A stretch of DNA of 64,000 nucleotides from Fistulifera solaris (lineage: Eukaryota): NCBI GenBank assembly GCA_030295235.1, contig AP026151.1, forward strand, positions 372,001 through 436,000, given 5' to 3'. Both the position numbers and the translations under genes were made by a program. The notes beneath the pieces are model-generated. The model did no database searches. It saw nothing but the letters and a program-made list of their open reading frames with translations, and had not been told where the DNA came from. This document shows positions 10,834 to 23,548 of the stretch, one piece after another (position 1 is the first letter of the stretch; every line of letters begins with the position of its first letter).

Positions 10834-13800
10834 ATGACAGTTTCTCTCCTCCAACCTTTCGGTTGCCATACGATCCGCTCACGCCCATTCGCCGGCAAAC
10901 CTTCTTATGCCACCGCCGAACGCCGGCCGTGAGATGATGGCAAACGCCCTTTCCGTCTCTTCTCCCCATTGGGGGCGGGCGTCATGGGCATGTCTTTCTC
11001 CTCCTCTCCGATGCGGAATTCGAGGCCCTCGCCAACGCTCTCCCGCCGTTGCGCTCGTCCACCCCGGTCCTCATGTCGAGTATCCACCCAACGCCACCAG
11101 TGCTCAGCGTGCCGATGCGAATCGGGCCTACGATACCGCTAGGTTGAGGACTACGAAGCGTCAAGAATACGTTCACAACTTGTTGCGTCAGCTTGTCAAC
11201 AAGGCCGTCGAACCCATGTATTTGATGCCGCTTCGTACCACCGTCGTCGGTCTTGGTCGTGTTGACATGGACAGCAATCTCATCCATATTCGCTGACATA
11301 CTCGCTTACTTGGTGGACAACTACACCACCATCACCGCTGCTGAAATCGAATCGAATCGTTGCCAGCCTGTTGAGCGCTTGGTCTCCTGACCAACCGATC
11401 CAGGCGTTGTGGAATCGTCACTTGGAGATTCGCGAGTTTGCTGAAGCCGCGGGAGAACCACTTTCTGATCGTACTATGATGGATCAGACGTTGGCGCTTC
11501 TCACCAACATCGGTCACGGCTCGTTCCAGTCCGCTATGGATGCATGGCGTCGTCGTTCTGCGCGGCGGACAAAACGTCGCCAACTTTGTGGAACACTTTA
11601 CGGCAGAGCATGCTGCTTTGCAGGAGCAACGCACCACTTCGGCCGCCGGTTATCATCACGCCAATGCGGCCGGGCGCTGGCAGCTCCTCCTCTCGTCCCA
11701 CCGGCACCGCACTTGGCCGCCGCCAGTGGTCCGTCCGTCGCCCCTTCAAACCCTTTTGAAGTGGTCTGCCATGGGGGATTCAAGATGCATTATTGCTGGA
11801 CCCACGGGTTGGGGTTGAATCCTCAACACACCAGCCAGTCGTGCAACAATCCTGGCGACGGACATGTCCGCACTGCAACGTTGCAAACTGCCAAGGACAC
11901 TAAGGGTAGCACTCGGATCAATCTGGCGGCCGTCGGCCTCCTCCGGCTCCGGCTGCGGCTCCGGCTCAGGCCTGAGAACGGGGGGAAGCCTACGGTACGC
12001 ATTGAATTGCCCGATAACGATATTAAACCATCCGAATCAGCATTTAATGTCTCTACTGTAGGTCCTCCCGCCTCGTTATCCCCATCCCTCTGACGGTATT
12101 GCCGACTCTGGTTGTACCAGTCACTTTTTACCCGTCGACACTCCCGTCGAATCCTGTGTTCCCACTTTGCATCCCATCACGATTGCTAATCCCAACGGCA
12201 CGCTCATGTATTCCACTCATGATGCTGTGCTTGCCCTTCCCGGACTTCCGCTGTCAGCCCCGAACGGCCCATGTGGTTCCTGACTTGCACACCAAGCCCC
12301 TTCTCTCCATCGGTCAGTTGTGCGACGCCCGGGTGCACCGTTCACTTCACTGCGGAACGCATTCACGTGCATTTTAACGGGTCGCTTATCCTCTCCGGTA
12401 AGCGATCTTCGGAAACAAAGTTGTCGACTCTCCCCCTTTCTTCTCCCACTGCCGGATTTTTCTGCCAATGAGCCCTCTGCGCAAGCATTGGCGGTGTCTG
12501 AGGGTGCGTCTCCCCCCGACGCCGTTCCTGTTTCGGGAGTCCGTGTCTGTGTCTCATTTGGCACCGTGTCTCTCGGATACACATTTGGCCGTGTCTGAGG
12601 GTGCGCGCCCCCCGTTACCTTTCTGTCCACCCCGTCCGTGGCTGTGGATGTCTCGACCCCGTGTATTCCCCGCGCTCCCCCAGCGGTGCCTGTGGGTGTG
12701 TCGTCCTCACACAGTCACCCCATCGCCATGTCTGAGGGTGTCGGGTCCCCAACTGACACTGTCTGTCCATTCGTGTCTCCTTCAGTCACGGATTCGGGCT
12801 AATGCCGCCGTCTCGGTCACCACTCCGGCTTCCTTGGTTGCTTTTGCTCATGCTACTCTCTTTTCGGCCAGCACTTTCCACTTTGGACGCCGCATTACAG
12901 CGTGATCTTCTACCACATTTCCCGGCCTAACCCGTCACACGTTACGCCGTCACCCGCCTCATTCAATCGCTATGACCAAAGGCCATTTGGATCAAATTCG
13001 CAAAAATCTCCGCTCTACTAAGCGCCCTGGCATCTTGGCCACCACCAATGCCCAATCCACAGAGTCCGACCTCCAATGTGACGCCTTCCCGGAACCACTT
13101 CTTGATGCCGAGCGAACTCATCATTGCTTCGCCGGCATTATCCAGCCAACCGGCCAAACCTATAGCGACCAGACTGGTCGTTTCCCCGCCCTCTCCAGTA
13201 CAGGCAACAATTATCTTTTTGTCTTATATGACTACGATAGTAATTGCATTTTTGCCGAACCTCTCCCAAGTCGCAAGGCCAATCACATTTTGACCGCTTT
13301 TCAGACCGTCCATTCGCGAACTTTGTCGGGCGGGACTCAAACCCTCGTCTGCATCGTCTCGACAACGAATGTGACATTTCGCTCAAGGAATTTATGGTCG
13401 ACAAAGGTATCGACTTTCAGCTCACCCCGCCACATGTTCATCGCCGCAATGCGGCGAACGTGCCATTCGAACGTTCCAAAACCACTTTATAGCCGGTTTG
13501 TGCAGCACTGACCGCAACTTCCCCATTCATTTATGGGATCGGTTGTTGCCGCAAGCATTACTTACCTTGAATCTTTTACGCACGTCTCGCATCAATCCTC
13601 GCTTGTCCGGCCTATGCACAAGTCTTCGGAGCATTCAATTTCGATCGCACCCCACTCGGCCCCCCCTGGCACCAAGGTCCTTGTCCACGAAAAACCCGGG
13701 CAACGCACTACTTGGGCGCCGCACGCAGTGGAAGGTTGGTATCTGGGTCCCGCATTGGAATCGTATCGCTGCTTTCGTGTGTGGATTTGGGACACCAAAA

Positions 13801-16064
13801 TGGAACGCATCACCGATACTCTCGAGTGGTTCCCCGAGCATGTTACCATGCCTTCTGCCTCGCCCCGCGGATGTGTTATTGGCAGGTCTTCGCTGACGTT
13901 TCCCAGGCCCTCCGTGATCCAGGACTACCGTCCGCTTTACCCATCAGTGCCGACAGTCATGTGGCGGAGTTAAAACGTCTCGTAGACGTCCTCACGGGTC
14001 CCGCCGACACCCCGATCAACCTTCCTCCTCCCGCCTCGTCTTGCCCTCCTCCCTCGTCTCGCACGGACCCGAAGCGTGTCACCTTCGCTGACGATGTACC
14101 GCTGAGTACTGCGCCTTCCTCGCCACAGCTTCGTACTATCGATACACCTTTCACTGGCAGTGTCAAAAAACGATCTGCTCGGACTCGGCCGCGCACCAAA
14201 TCGTCTCCTCGCAACCACCGACATGCTCCCCACCATTCGCACGGCACTCGGGCCAACAAACGAATTGCTCTAGCCGCCACTGCGTCCGCCACTAACGTAT
14301 CCCCCGGCGAATCTTTCTTACATCATGCGTTACACGGAAATGCTCTCAATCCCGAAACCGGCAAAGTCGCGGAATATCCCGAATTGAGTCGTTCGTCTGA
14401 TGGCCCTAAATGGATAAACGCCAATGATGAGGGAAGTTCACCGTCTCGCCCAAGGGTATCGCGACATCAAAGGGTCCAACACTTTGAACTTCATTTCCAT
14501 CAAGGATATTCCGAAGGGCGTCGCGCGTATGTTCGTGTTGTTTGTGCTTTTCGGCCGGAGAAGGATAACCCATTTCGTGTCCGTTGGTGCATCGGCGGTG
14601 ACCAGATCTACTTCGCTGGTGACAAGTCTACCAAAACAGCGGCATTGGAAACTGCCAAACTGTTTTTCAATAGCGTGTTGTCCACCAAGAACGGCAAAAT
14701 GATGACTCTAGATCTCAAGGACTACTATCTCGGCACCACCTTGCCGACTTGGAATACATTCGCATTCGGTGGCACTCCTTTCCCAGCACATCATTGACCA
14801 TTACAACCTTGAGCCACTCATTCATAAAGGTTTCGTTTACGCGCTGATTAGCAAGGGCATGTATGGTCTACCTCAAGCGGGAAAGTTGGCCAATGATCAA
14901 CTTATCGATCGTTTAGCTCCTCATGGGTATCATCCAGTCCCGCACACGCACGGGTTATGGCGCGATTCACGGTCCGATTTAACCTTCACCCTTGTCGTGG
15001 ACGATTTTGCCGTCAAATACACCAACGAAACTGACGTTCATCGGCTTCTCACCACTTCACGAGAGTCAGGCTATCGACTTTCCGAAGATTGGTCGGGTAC
15101 ACGCTATGTCGGTCTCCACCTCGATTGGGATTATAATGCGGCGTGCCGTCGGACGTTTCTATGCCCGGTTACATTGAACGCTGCCTTGTCTCGGTTCCAG
15201 CATGCAGCTCCCGTTGAACCTGAGGACTCCCCACACCCGTGGCAACAACCTGTGTACGGTGCCAAAACCCAATACACTGATGCTCCAGACGACACTCCGT
15301 TTTTGGATGCCAAGGATATCAACTTGCTACAACAAATCATTGGCGTGCTTCTCTATTATGCGCGTGCCGTTGACAGCACCATGCTGCCCGCATTGGGTTC
15401 CATCGCCGCCATGCAAGCCAAACCAACCATGAAGACTATGGAAACGTTGACCCAACTTCTCAATTATTGCGCGTCGCATCCATCCGCCGTCATTCGGGGT
15501 ACCATGCTAGCGACATGGTTCTATGGATTGACAGCGATGCCTCAGATTTGAGTGTTTCGGAAGCCAGATCCCGGGCCGCTGGATACTATTTTCTAAGTTC
15601 CAATCCGGCATCTTTGTCCGATCCTACCTCGCCACCAGCCAACGGGCGCCATCACAGTCTATTGTCAAATTATGAAGCACGTCGTCTCTAGCGCTGCGGA
15701 GGCGGAATTGGGAGCCCTATTTTTAAATGCACAGAATTCCTGTCCGTTACGTGTCGCCCTTAGAAGAAATGGGTCATCCCCAACCAGCAACCCCTATTCA
15801 AACGGATAATAGTACGGCCGCTGGTATTGTCAACGACACAGTCAAACAAAAGCGCTCTAAGGCAATGGACATGCGATTCTATTGGATTCAGCGATCGGGT
15901 ACGTCAAGGTCAATTTCATGTTTATTGGAAAGAGGGGGCAGGTAACAAGGCTGATTATTTTACGAAACATCATGCTACGGGCGCATCATCGCTCAATGCG
16001 TCCTTTGTATCTACATGAGCCTTCTTCTGGGTCCTACTATGATCCCATCAGCGCCTTCTCCTGA
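10834..16064 (+). CDS. Retrotransposon Gag-Pol (Gag, aspartic protease, integrase, reverse transcriptase, RNase H); many frameshifts in this sequence
   Basis: Gag YCWTHG…HTSQSC knuckle (~11790-11845); protease IADSGCTSHF (~12098); integrase DQTGRFP…LYDYDSN (~13170); RT KGMYGLPQAG and LVVDDF (~14850-15010); RNase H DSDAS…RSRAAG, AAEAELGALF, TDNSTA, KRSKAMDMRFYW. Confidence 0.92.
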
Positions 16065-16108
16065 TGTTTCTAGCTCGATCTCCGACTCCGAGATTCGAGG
16101 TGAGGGTG

Positions 16109-16272
16109 TATTGATATTGCCCCTCACCGGTGCGACACCAATCAGTGACGCGCCCGAGGCAATGACACAAAGCCTCGAATCCAGGACCACTCATCACTCG
16201 CAACCAAGTAAACATACCTCATAAATTCGTATAACACTTTTGTTGTCGACTGTGCTGTTGTAGAGATCAACA
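16109..16272 (+). repeat. 3' LTR (164 bp)
   Basis: Direct repeat of 10552-10716, preceded by the PPT and followed by TSD ATTAA. Confidence 0.97.
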
Positions 16273-17394
16273 ATTAAAACACACATGAAGGAGGAGAAAC
16301 GCAATGCATGCTTTCTTTGCCCCATTGCAGCTGTACGACGAAAAGTAAGAATTTGGGTACCGGTCTCGTCCGTCCGCGAATGAATGAGGATGACGTGAAC
16401 GCATTTGATGTCGTACCGAAATAAGCTTGATATTGCAACGGATGCGGAAATCCGAAGACCGCGACTGACCAATCACACTTTTGGAGTAACTCAGTCACGG
16501 ATGTTATGGCCATGCTGTTTACACTTTCAATCTATAGTAATTCTACATCGCCGCCCCCGTTTGACCGCCGACCGTGAGAAAATCGCTGACAACTGACAAC
16601 TGACAAACAATTGGTGGTCACTCCGTGGCCCAGTGGTAACCCCAAGGCTTTCGTCGTCGGGGGTTGGAACTGATATCGGATCCTCCCTCGCCACCTCCAC
16701 CACACGTGGCAAATGTGGTGTTCTCATTGATATTTCCGCCGTTTCCACAACGCTTCTACTGGGTTGAGGATCTGCTTTCTGCTGGGAGCTGGGAGCTGGG
16801 AGTTCGGATTCCGTAGTAATGTAGTATAATCAATTTTGTAGTAAAGAGGCTAGATGGGTCTATGTTGTCAGATCGCAGACGTCCCCGTAAGGGTTGATAT
16901 CTGTGGTCTGGCATCGCCCGTTGGAGCCAGGTTGACACATTGACACACACAAACAATTGGTGGAATTCCATGGACTGTCGTTGGCAGACACATGCGTTAC
17001 TGGTCCGTCATTTCTTAGTACTATAGACGTTCCTGTACGAACGATTGTCGTTGAACAGTCGTTGTCACCTTAAGTAGTTCATTCAACGGCCCAACGCATG
17101 CTTTCATTGGATCCCGCACTGTGGTTATTTAGACGAAAACAACCTAAGTGTTGTACAGAAATTTCGATTGTCGGCCAGCCCGCGTCCACCGATTTAGGAC
17201 ATCGATTCGGTCGATCTTTTTTAGCGATGACAGAGCACCGCGTTGGGCAATAAAATACAACAGCGGCAATCAAGAATCAAAGGACGCGATGCGTTAACTG
17301 TTATCATCTGGACGTTGAGATACTCGCACCTTTATTACGCTTTCCTTCAAGAAATAAGACGGATTGAAGCAATCGACCTCGCAAGCCACACACC

Positions 17395-19829
17395 ATGGCG
17401 ACCCCTTACATGGATAGTAACAATCTACGGTCGGTCACACCCGCGACTTCGAACGCACGGTACGCGGGGCGATATCCCTCGGCCAGCCGCGATCACACTC
17501 GACGGGATGATACTACAATGGACGCGACGAAGGGAGCACCGTCGAGTACGGGTTTGATTCGATTAACACTCAAGAAACCCATGGGGATTGTCTTTGAACC
17601 GATGTATGATCCGCATCAGCAGTCGGTGCAACGCGGCGTGCGCATTTGCGATTTACCCCGCACAGGTGCCGCGGCTATGTCAAGGAAGCTGCAAATTGGT
17701 GATGAATTGCTGCAGATTAATGAAACGACCGTATCGCGAATGACATTCGATGAGATTATGGATTTCATCATCGAAGCCGATCCCGAATCGGTGAACCTCT
17801 TATTTCGTCGTCCGAAAAAAGAAGCACTGCAAGCGCGGCAGGGAGGAGTACAGCAAAAGCTGAACGCGGCGATCAACAAAGATAGCACGGTTAAATGGGA
17901 TGAAGCCGTGGATACGGAAAAGTCAAAAGACAAAAGGGCGCCAAATACTCACGCAAGAAGAGAGCCAAGAAAGGATCCGTCAGCGAAGAAGAAGAAACCT
18001 TACAAAGCTCCGTCGCTGATTCGTACGAAAAGAGGGGACGACGCAAGAAGAACAAGTCGAGGCGAGGTGGGCCCTATGAGTCGGAATCGTTCTTAGACTT
18101 GCTCATTGATACGATCTGCTCCAATACAAATGGGATCTGTCGCGACATTTACCGAAAAGATGACGATTATTCGTATGAGGACGATAGTATGAGTGAATTC
18201 GACGAAGAAACCTACGCTACTTACGAAGAATCCATTGAGCGCCGGCCAGAAAAATCGTCCAAGAAGAAATCAAAATACGATGATGAAACAGACATGGAAT
18301 CAAGGCGAAACCGCCGAAAAGAATCAAAGAACAAAGGCAGAGGGAGTTCGAAAAGTACGAGGATGATGGAACTCTCGAAACTGTTGAGTCTTCGGATCGC
18401 TTGAAAGACGAGCGCCGAACGGCTCCGACTTCGCAACCGCATGGCCTTGTGCCGGATCCGATGTTGCAAATGCACTCTCCCCCGATTCTTCCCGTTATTG
18501 TTGGCGAGGGGGGATGACGAGATTAACCGTGCACCCATCAGAGAGCTGGAGTATGAAGATGACAATGGAGCGGACGTGTCGGTGATGGAAAGCTTGGGCG
18601 GGCCATCACTTCTCATCGAGAAACAACGTACGGCAGCGCTGCAGTCACCACAGCAATCGCAAACAGTCCCAAAAGAAATCATCGACAATTACGGATTGGA
18701 TTATGTACCTGCCTATGGAATGACAAGGACACAAACGATTCAAAACGATCCTATCAAGTTTTATTCACATGTCGTAAAGCAACTATTGGAGAAGAATGAA
18801 CCCGAGAAAGTGCGTCTGTTGGATAAGCTCATGGCCAAGTACAAAGGCCGCGAAGATCATCTTGTTCAGAAACTGTCTGTACGATACGACAAGGCTTCTG
18901 GCGGAGAAGTTGCGCCAACTGACAATCCGGACAGAAGTAGTGATGAAGTTGAATTCAGCGACGCTGTGAAGAAATCAAAGGAAAGCTACAATGCCGCGGC
19001 CGCCGTCAATATGGCGAGGGATCGCATGCACGCGGTTTCGCCGATGGGAGTTGGAATGCGTGACGATTGGCCAGAAAAAGAACATAAAGAAGAAGAGTAT
19101 GATGATGTTCCGGAAGAAGACAATTCCGTCAGTGGCTCCGAGTATTCTGGCGATTCTGTGGATGGCACCTCACCTGCGGTGATTGCCCAAGTATCGGAGT
19201 TATTGAATTACGTATACGGCAAGACATCGGTACCGGGACAGATTGATCGTGTTTCAACGATTATGCGTGCGTACGAGGGTCGCGAGGGAGTGCTTTTGGA
19301 GCTTTTGGAAACCAAGGCGCTGATCAAGGCCAACAAAGAGAAAGAAAGCGAAGCTGATCTTCCGTCGTTTTTACGAAATTCCAATTCGTCACAAGCGTCA
19401 CGGAATGCCGAGGATTTGAGTGGAGGAGGAAGTCTTCCACCCGTGACACCCATGGCCGCCACGCAAGGACAAGGGACACTCATCAATGACGATATTTCCT
19501 CCATGAGCGGGGTCTCCAACCCGGCACCCGAGCCATACAACAACAAGTATGGAATGGTAAGTTGGTGCTGCTTTGTTGATCGGATGCTCTCTTTGATTAG
19601 TTCTCACAAACTGTTTCTTCTTAGAATGAATATTCTCAGAAAATCATGTCCGAGGATGAAGACACGGGACTGGAAGCTCCACGAACAGGCTCGTCGAAGG
19701 AGAGAAGTAGCGAATCTTCTCTGGACAAGGACAAGAAAAAGAAGAAAAGGTCTATTCGGAGGCTTATTTGGGAAGAAGAAGGGTAAAGAGACGACTTCTC
19801 GGCCATCCTCGCGAATGAAAAAGCGCTGA
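17395..19829 (+). CDS. PDZ-domain protein with two short helical repeats (…DKLMAKYKGREDHL… / …TIMRAYEGREGVL…)
   Basis: PDZ signature LTLKKPMGIVF…GAAAMSRKLQIGDELLQINET. Consecutive ORFs are linked by apparent frameshifts; probable intron ~19557-19624. Confidence 0.75.
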
Positions 19830-20222
19830 AGTGTGGAATGAATATTATTTATAGACTTGTTTCGTGCTCCTGTATCATGGTATTCAAGGTGATATATTCT
19901 TCACAGCTTCACTTCTTAATAACACTGCATTTTCTTCCGTCTTTTATTACTTTTGCTTGTTTCGGGTAGACTAGTTTCATGTTGTCGTTCCGGACTGTCG
20001 CGGTCCTGAGGTGATGTTCCTTATCCTTAAATGACTCGAACACCGAGATCTTTTCTTCAATCACGACAACTGTCGACTGCGAAAAAGCACGCGCAGCAAC
20101 AACACGCGAGACGAGATCGAACCCGAGGAACATCACGAAACTTCAACCAGCGTTCCTTCTATTCAATTATTCTTTATCCAAACAGGTGCCTGAAAAGAAC
20201 AATCATCAGACTCCGTTCAAAC

Positions 20223-21599
20223 ATGCGACTTCTTTTCCTGCTGCCGGTCGTTTCGACGGCGTGGGTCCTGCCCGTGAGGAATCATCGTGCGACAACAACG
20301 TTGGCGTCCTCGACGACGGATGATTTTGCGAGCTTTGCGGCATCGTTAGAAGAAGATACTCGTTCCACAACAGTCACAACGAAAGATCCTATGATCAAAA
20401 AACAAATCATGGCAAGAAGATTTAGATGAATTTCTCAATCCGATGACACCCGCAGCGAGGAAACAAGTCTTGCTGAGCGATCTGGCCGGTGCGAATTCGG
20501 AGATTCAAGCGAGTATTCAATCGGCACTCCGCGATGGGACGGTACGTTTCTTGTGCTGTGTGTACTTTTGAGAAGCCCATTCATCTCACTTTCTACAGAT
20601 TGATCCTCTGCTGACACCACGGGGCAAACGATTGCAAGAGGGAACTCGTGCGGTCGCCCGACAAGTCGTTAGTGATATTTTACCATCCCTGGCGATTTCG
20701 TTTCCCCCACCTTCGGTATCACAAGGACTGTTTCCTCCGCCGCCCTTTCCCTTTCCACCGGCGGAAGATATCAATCGTCTGGGAACACGCGTCTTCAATG
20801 CATTGCAAAACCAAATTCAAACGGGTTTTAAAAATTTGCAGGAAGATTTGCAGGATCCGACGACCCGGATTCCGCAACGATTGTCGCAACAAACAGAAGA
20901 AATATTACAAGAAGCTGCTAATGTGTTTTCGGAGACACCCGCCGGTTTGAAGGAACCACCGTACCAAGTGGTCGCGACGACAGAGGCTTATGAGATTCGT
21001 GATTATGAAGGTTATACAGTGGCGATAACCAATATGATGATGACGGGGACGGACGATCCGTACTTTACGCCCAATACGAATAACTTAGGCGAGCAAGGCC
21101 GAGCCTTCAACTCCTGGCGGCTTATCTTTTTGGAGCCAATCGACAAAAGGAAGTCTTGGATATGACCACTCCTGTGACCACCACCATGTCCGGCGAAATG
21201 CGTTTTTATATTGATAGCAACAATCCTCCCGACCCGTTAGAACAAGATGAAAGTAAGAATGTATACGAGACGGATACGATTCGTATTGAGGAAATTCCTC
21301 CCGCTCGTTTAGCGGTGCGTCGGTTTTACGGCTTTGTAACGCAAGGCGAAGTAGCGCGACAAAAGGAAGCTTTATTGACGGCTTTGGCTCTCGATGGAGA
21401 CTACGAATTGGACGTCCCACACGGACAAACCGTGAAACATCTCATTTTCCAATACAATCCACCTTACACCATTCCGGTCGTTCGGCGCAACGAAATTGCG
21501 GTTCCCATTAGTCGCGTCAGTGAAATTGAAACACCAGAAAGCGCCGACCGAATTTCCGAAAATTGGATCTCGCCATCGGACGGGGAGTCGGAGAGCTAA
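20223..21599 (+). CDS. SOUL heme-binding family protein, probably plastid-targeted
   Basis: Signal peptide MRLLFLLPVVSTA-W. SOUL motifs EPPYQVV…YEIRDY, MTTPV, AVRRFYG, QYNPPYTIPVVRRNEI. Intron 20542-20598; frameshifts present. Confidence 0.85.
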
Positions 21600-21779
21600 T
21601 CCGATTTCTTTCGTAACCCGACGTGTTATAAAACCATAATGTAAATTGAAAAAGTAGACGTTGCCACATCTTTACTACAGGAATACGCATACAGTCTTGG
21701 TGTTTTTCATTGATTCGAAACTATATAATCGATCATTTAACTGTTTGTTTGTGAAATTCGTTATTCAACTTTCGGCAAC

Positions 21780-23203
21780 TCAGAATCCAAAATACTTATC
21801 TCCGCCATCGTAGGCCGGGTCTCGTTTTCGAAAACCGGTTTCAAACACCACACCCGACACTTTCACACCGCAATCTTCAATCAGTGTTTCGGTCCAACAT
21901 TTCATCCCAAACTTGTTCTTCATGAGCCCGTGATAATGAAAGCGGAAGACACTCCCTTCATCGTGTTTATCAATTGACAATAATTCGACCGAAGATCCCA
22001 AAATATTCAAAGCCGTTTGGATGGATTCAACTATTTCCGGATCACACTCTCCTTTCCGCAAGGTTCCCACCAGTGTTTGATACTTTTCGTACGGAGCCCG
22101 CTGCTGTTGATGCCACGCCAGGGATACTTCTTCCGGCATCCATTCGGCATTTTTCGCACGGGCCAATTCGACGGCCTTGACGCGGGCCCGGTACGGATCG
22201 AGGGCATCAAAATCGGTTTGGTGTTGCGGCTCCGTGAATCGATTGTTGGTGTATTCTTTGGGTTCAAAGTACATTTGTTCCGGGTAACCGTGCCAACGCG
22301 CCACGTGACGGGGTATCTCCATGCCGGGAAGAAAGGGATCGACGTAGGTTTCCATGACTTCCAAGGACTTGCGGAATTGCACGACATCTTCATTGTATTG
22401 AATTTCGGGATCGCCTTCGGGTTTTGTTGCGGTACCATGGAATCATCTTTCGTTCGGGCATCAATCATGAAAGAATCGCGCGACCCCAAAATGGCGCGCG
22501 TGTCCACGGGATTAGAAGGACCAAAGATGGGATCGTATCCAATTTCGACACCATCTTCATTTTTTTCAGTCTCTTCCAAATACTGTACATTCTCTTGATT
22601 CATGGCGGCAATGTTGGGATCCATTTCACCCGAGAACGGATCCCATTCATAATCAAATCGACTTCGCAAATCTTGAATCGTCCAAGTTCCCAACGTATCC
22701 GCATCGATCGCATCGGGATCGTTGGTATCGAATTGGGCCTTTTCATCTTGTTCCAACGTTCCGTAATTTTGGAGACCCTCATAGCGGCGTTGGCCGTTCA
22801 CAATTTCTTGTTCGATGCGGGCCTTGATGGCCAATTGTTCTTCTGTTTCAATAATCGCACCGGGACGTCCTCCCGTCAAATTACCCAACAAACGTTCGTC
22901 CACGTGACGGGGAGCAAAATATTGGGGTGCATCGTCGGTAGTGCCGCGCCATTTCGAGGAAGCAGTCGTAGTGGGCTTGGATGGTGGTGTTGTCACCGAT
23001 GTCGGTGGCTCGACGGTGGCTTTTGCCGTCGTTTTGGATGATTTTGTGCTTGTTTTGCTCTTGCTTTTCTTCTTCTTATTACTGCTGGATCCTTTGGAAG
23101 TACTTTCGAGCGCGACGATTGATGTTCTTCCCCGGACACGAGGACGATGGGGCACAAACGCCTGTGCTGTCAGGATGGAAAGAAGAACAATCGCTGCTTT
23201 CAT
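21780..23203 (-). CDS. Conserved-looking protein of unknown function with bipartite plastid presequence
   Basis: MKAAIVLLSILTAQA-FVPHRPR followed by a basic/Ser/Thr transit-like region. Two long ORFs joined by a frameshift near 22390. Confidence 0.75.
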
Positions 23204-23548
23204 TCTTATTTTGGTTATGTAGGACGAGCGTGTTTCAAGTTGTATTACTCTTGTTGATAATTGTCGAAAAGTAGCGTAGCGTTTCTTGAATTTTACAAAT
23301 AATAATGGAAAGAAGGCAGGGTCAACTGATTGATGTTGATGTTGATGCGGTCGAAGAATACCAACAAAAGGAAAATCAAAATGGCGAGTTTTGTTGTGTG
23401 GTGCAGAATCGGTGTTTCTCTCCTCTACTTGAAACACTACAGTGATCTTTAAAGTGGTACTCACTTGCTTATTTCTACCCTTAATGGGATTATGGATAGA
23501 AAACTCGAAACGACGACTCTTGTTTCAACGAAACTATTTTTCATTATT

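Larger units (their letters stand above)
10552..16272 (+). mobile_element. Full-length Ty1/Copia LTR retrotransposon (CoDi, Copia-of-diatoms type)
   Basis: Paired LTRs 10552-10716 and 16109-16272; 5-bp target-site duplication ATTAA at 10547-10551 and 16273-16277; domain order gag-PR-IN-RT-RH (Copia order); polypurine tract GAGGTGAGGGTG directly before the 3' LTR. Confidence 0.97.

Noticed and set aside
11930..12100. Programmed stop-codon readthrough or frameshift at the gag-pol junction (…CAGGCC TGA GAACGGGGGG…)
   Set aside because: Plausible, but cannot be separated from the indel noise in this sequence; needs a polished copy.
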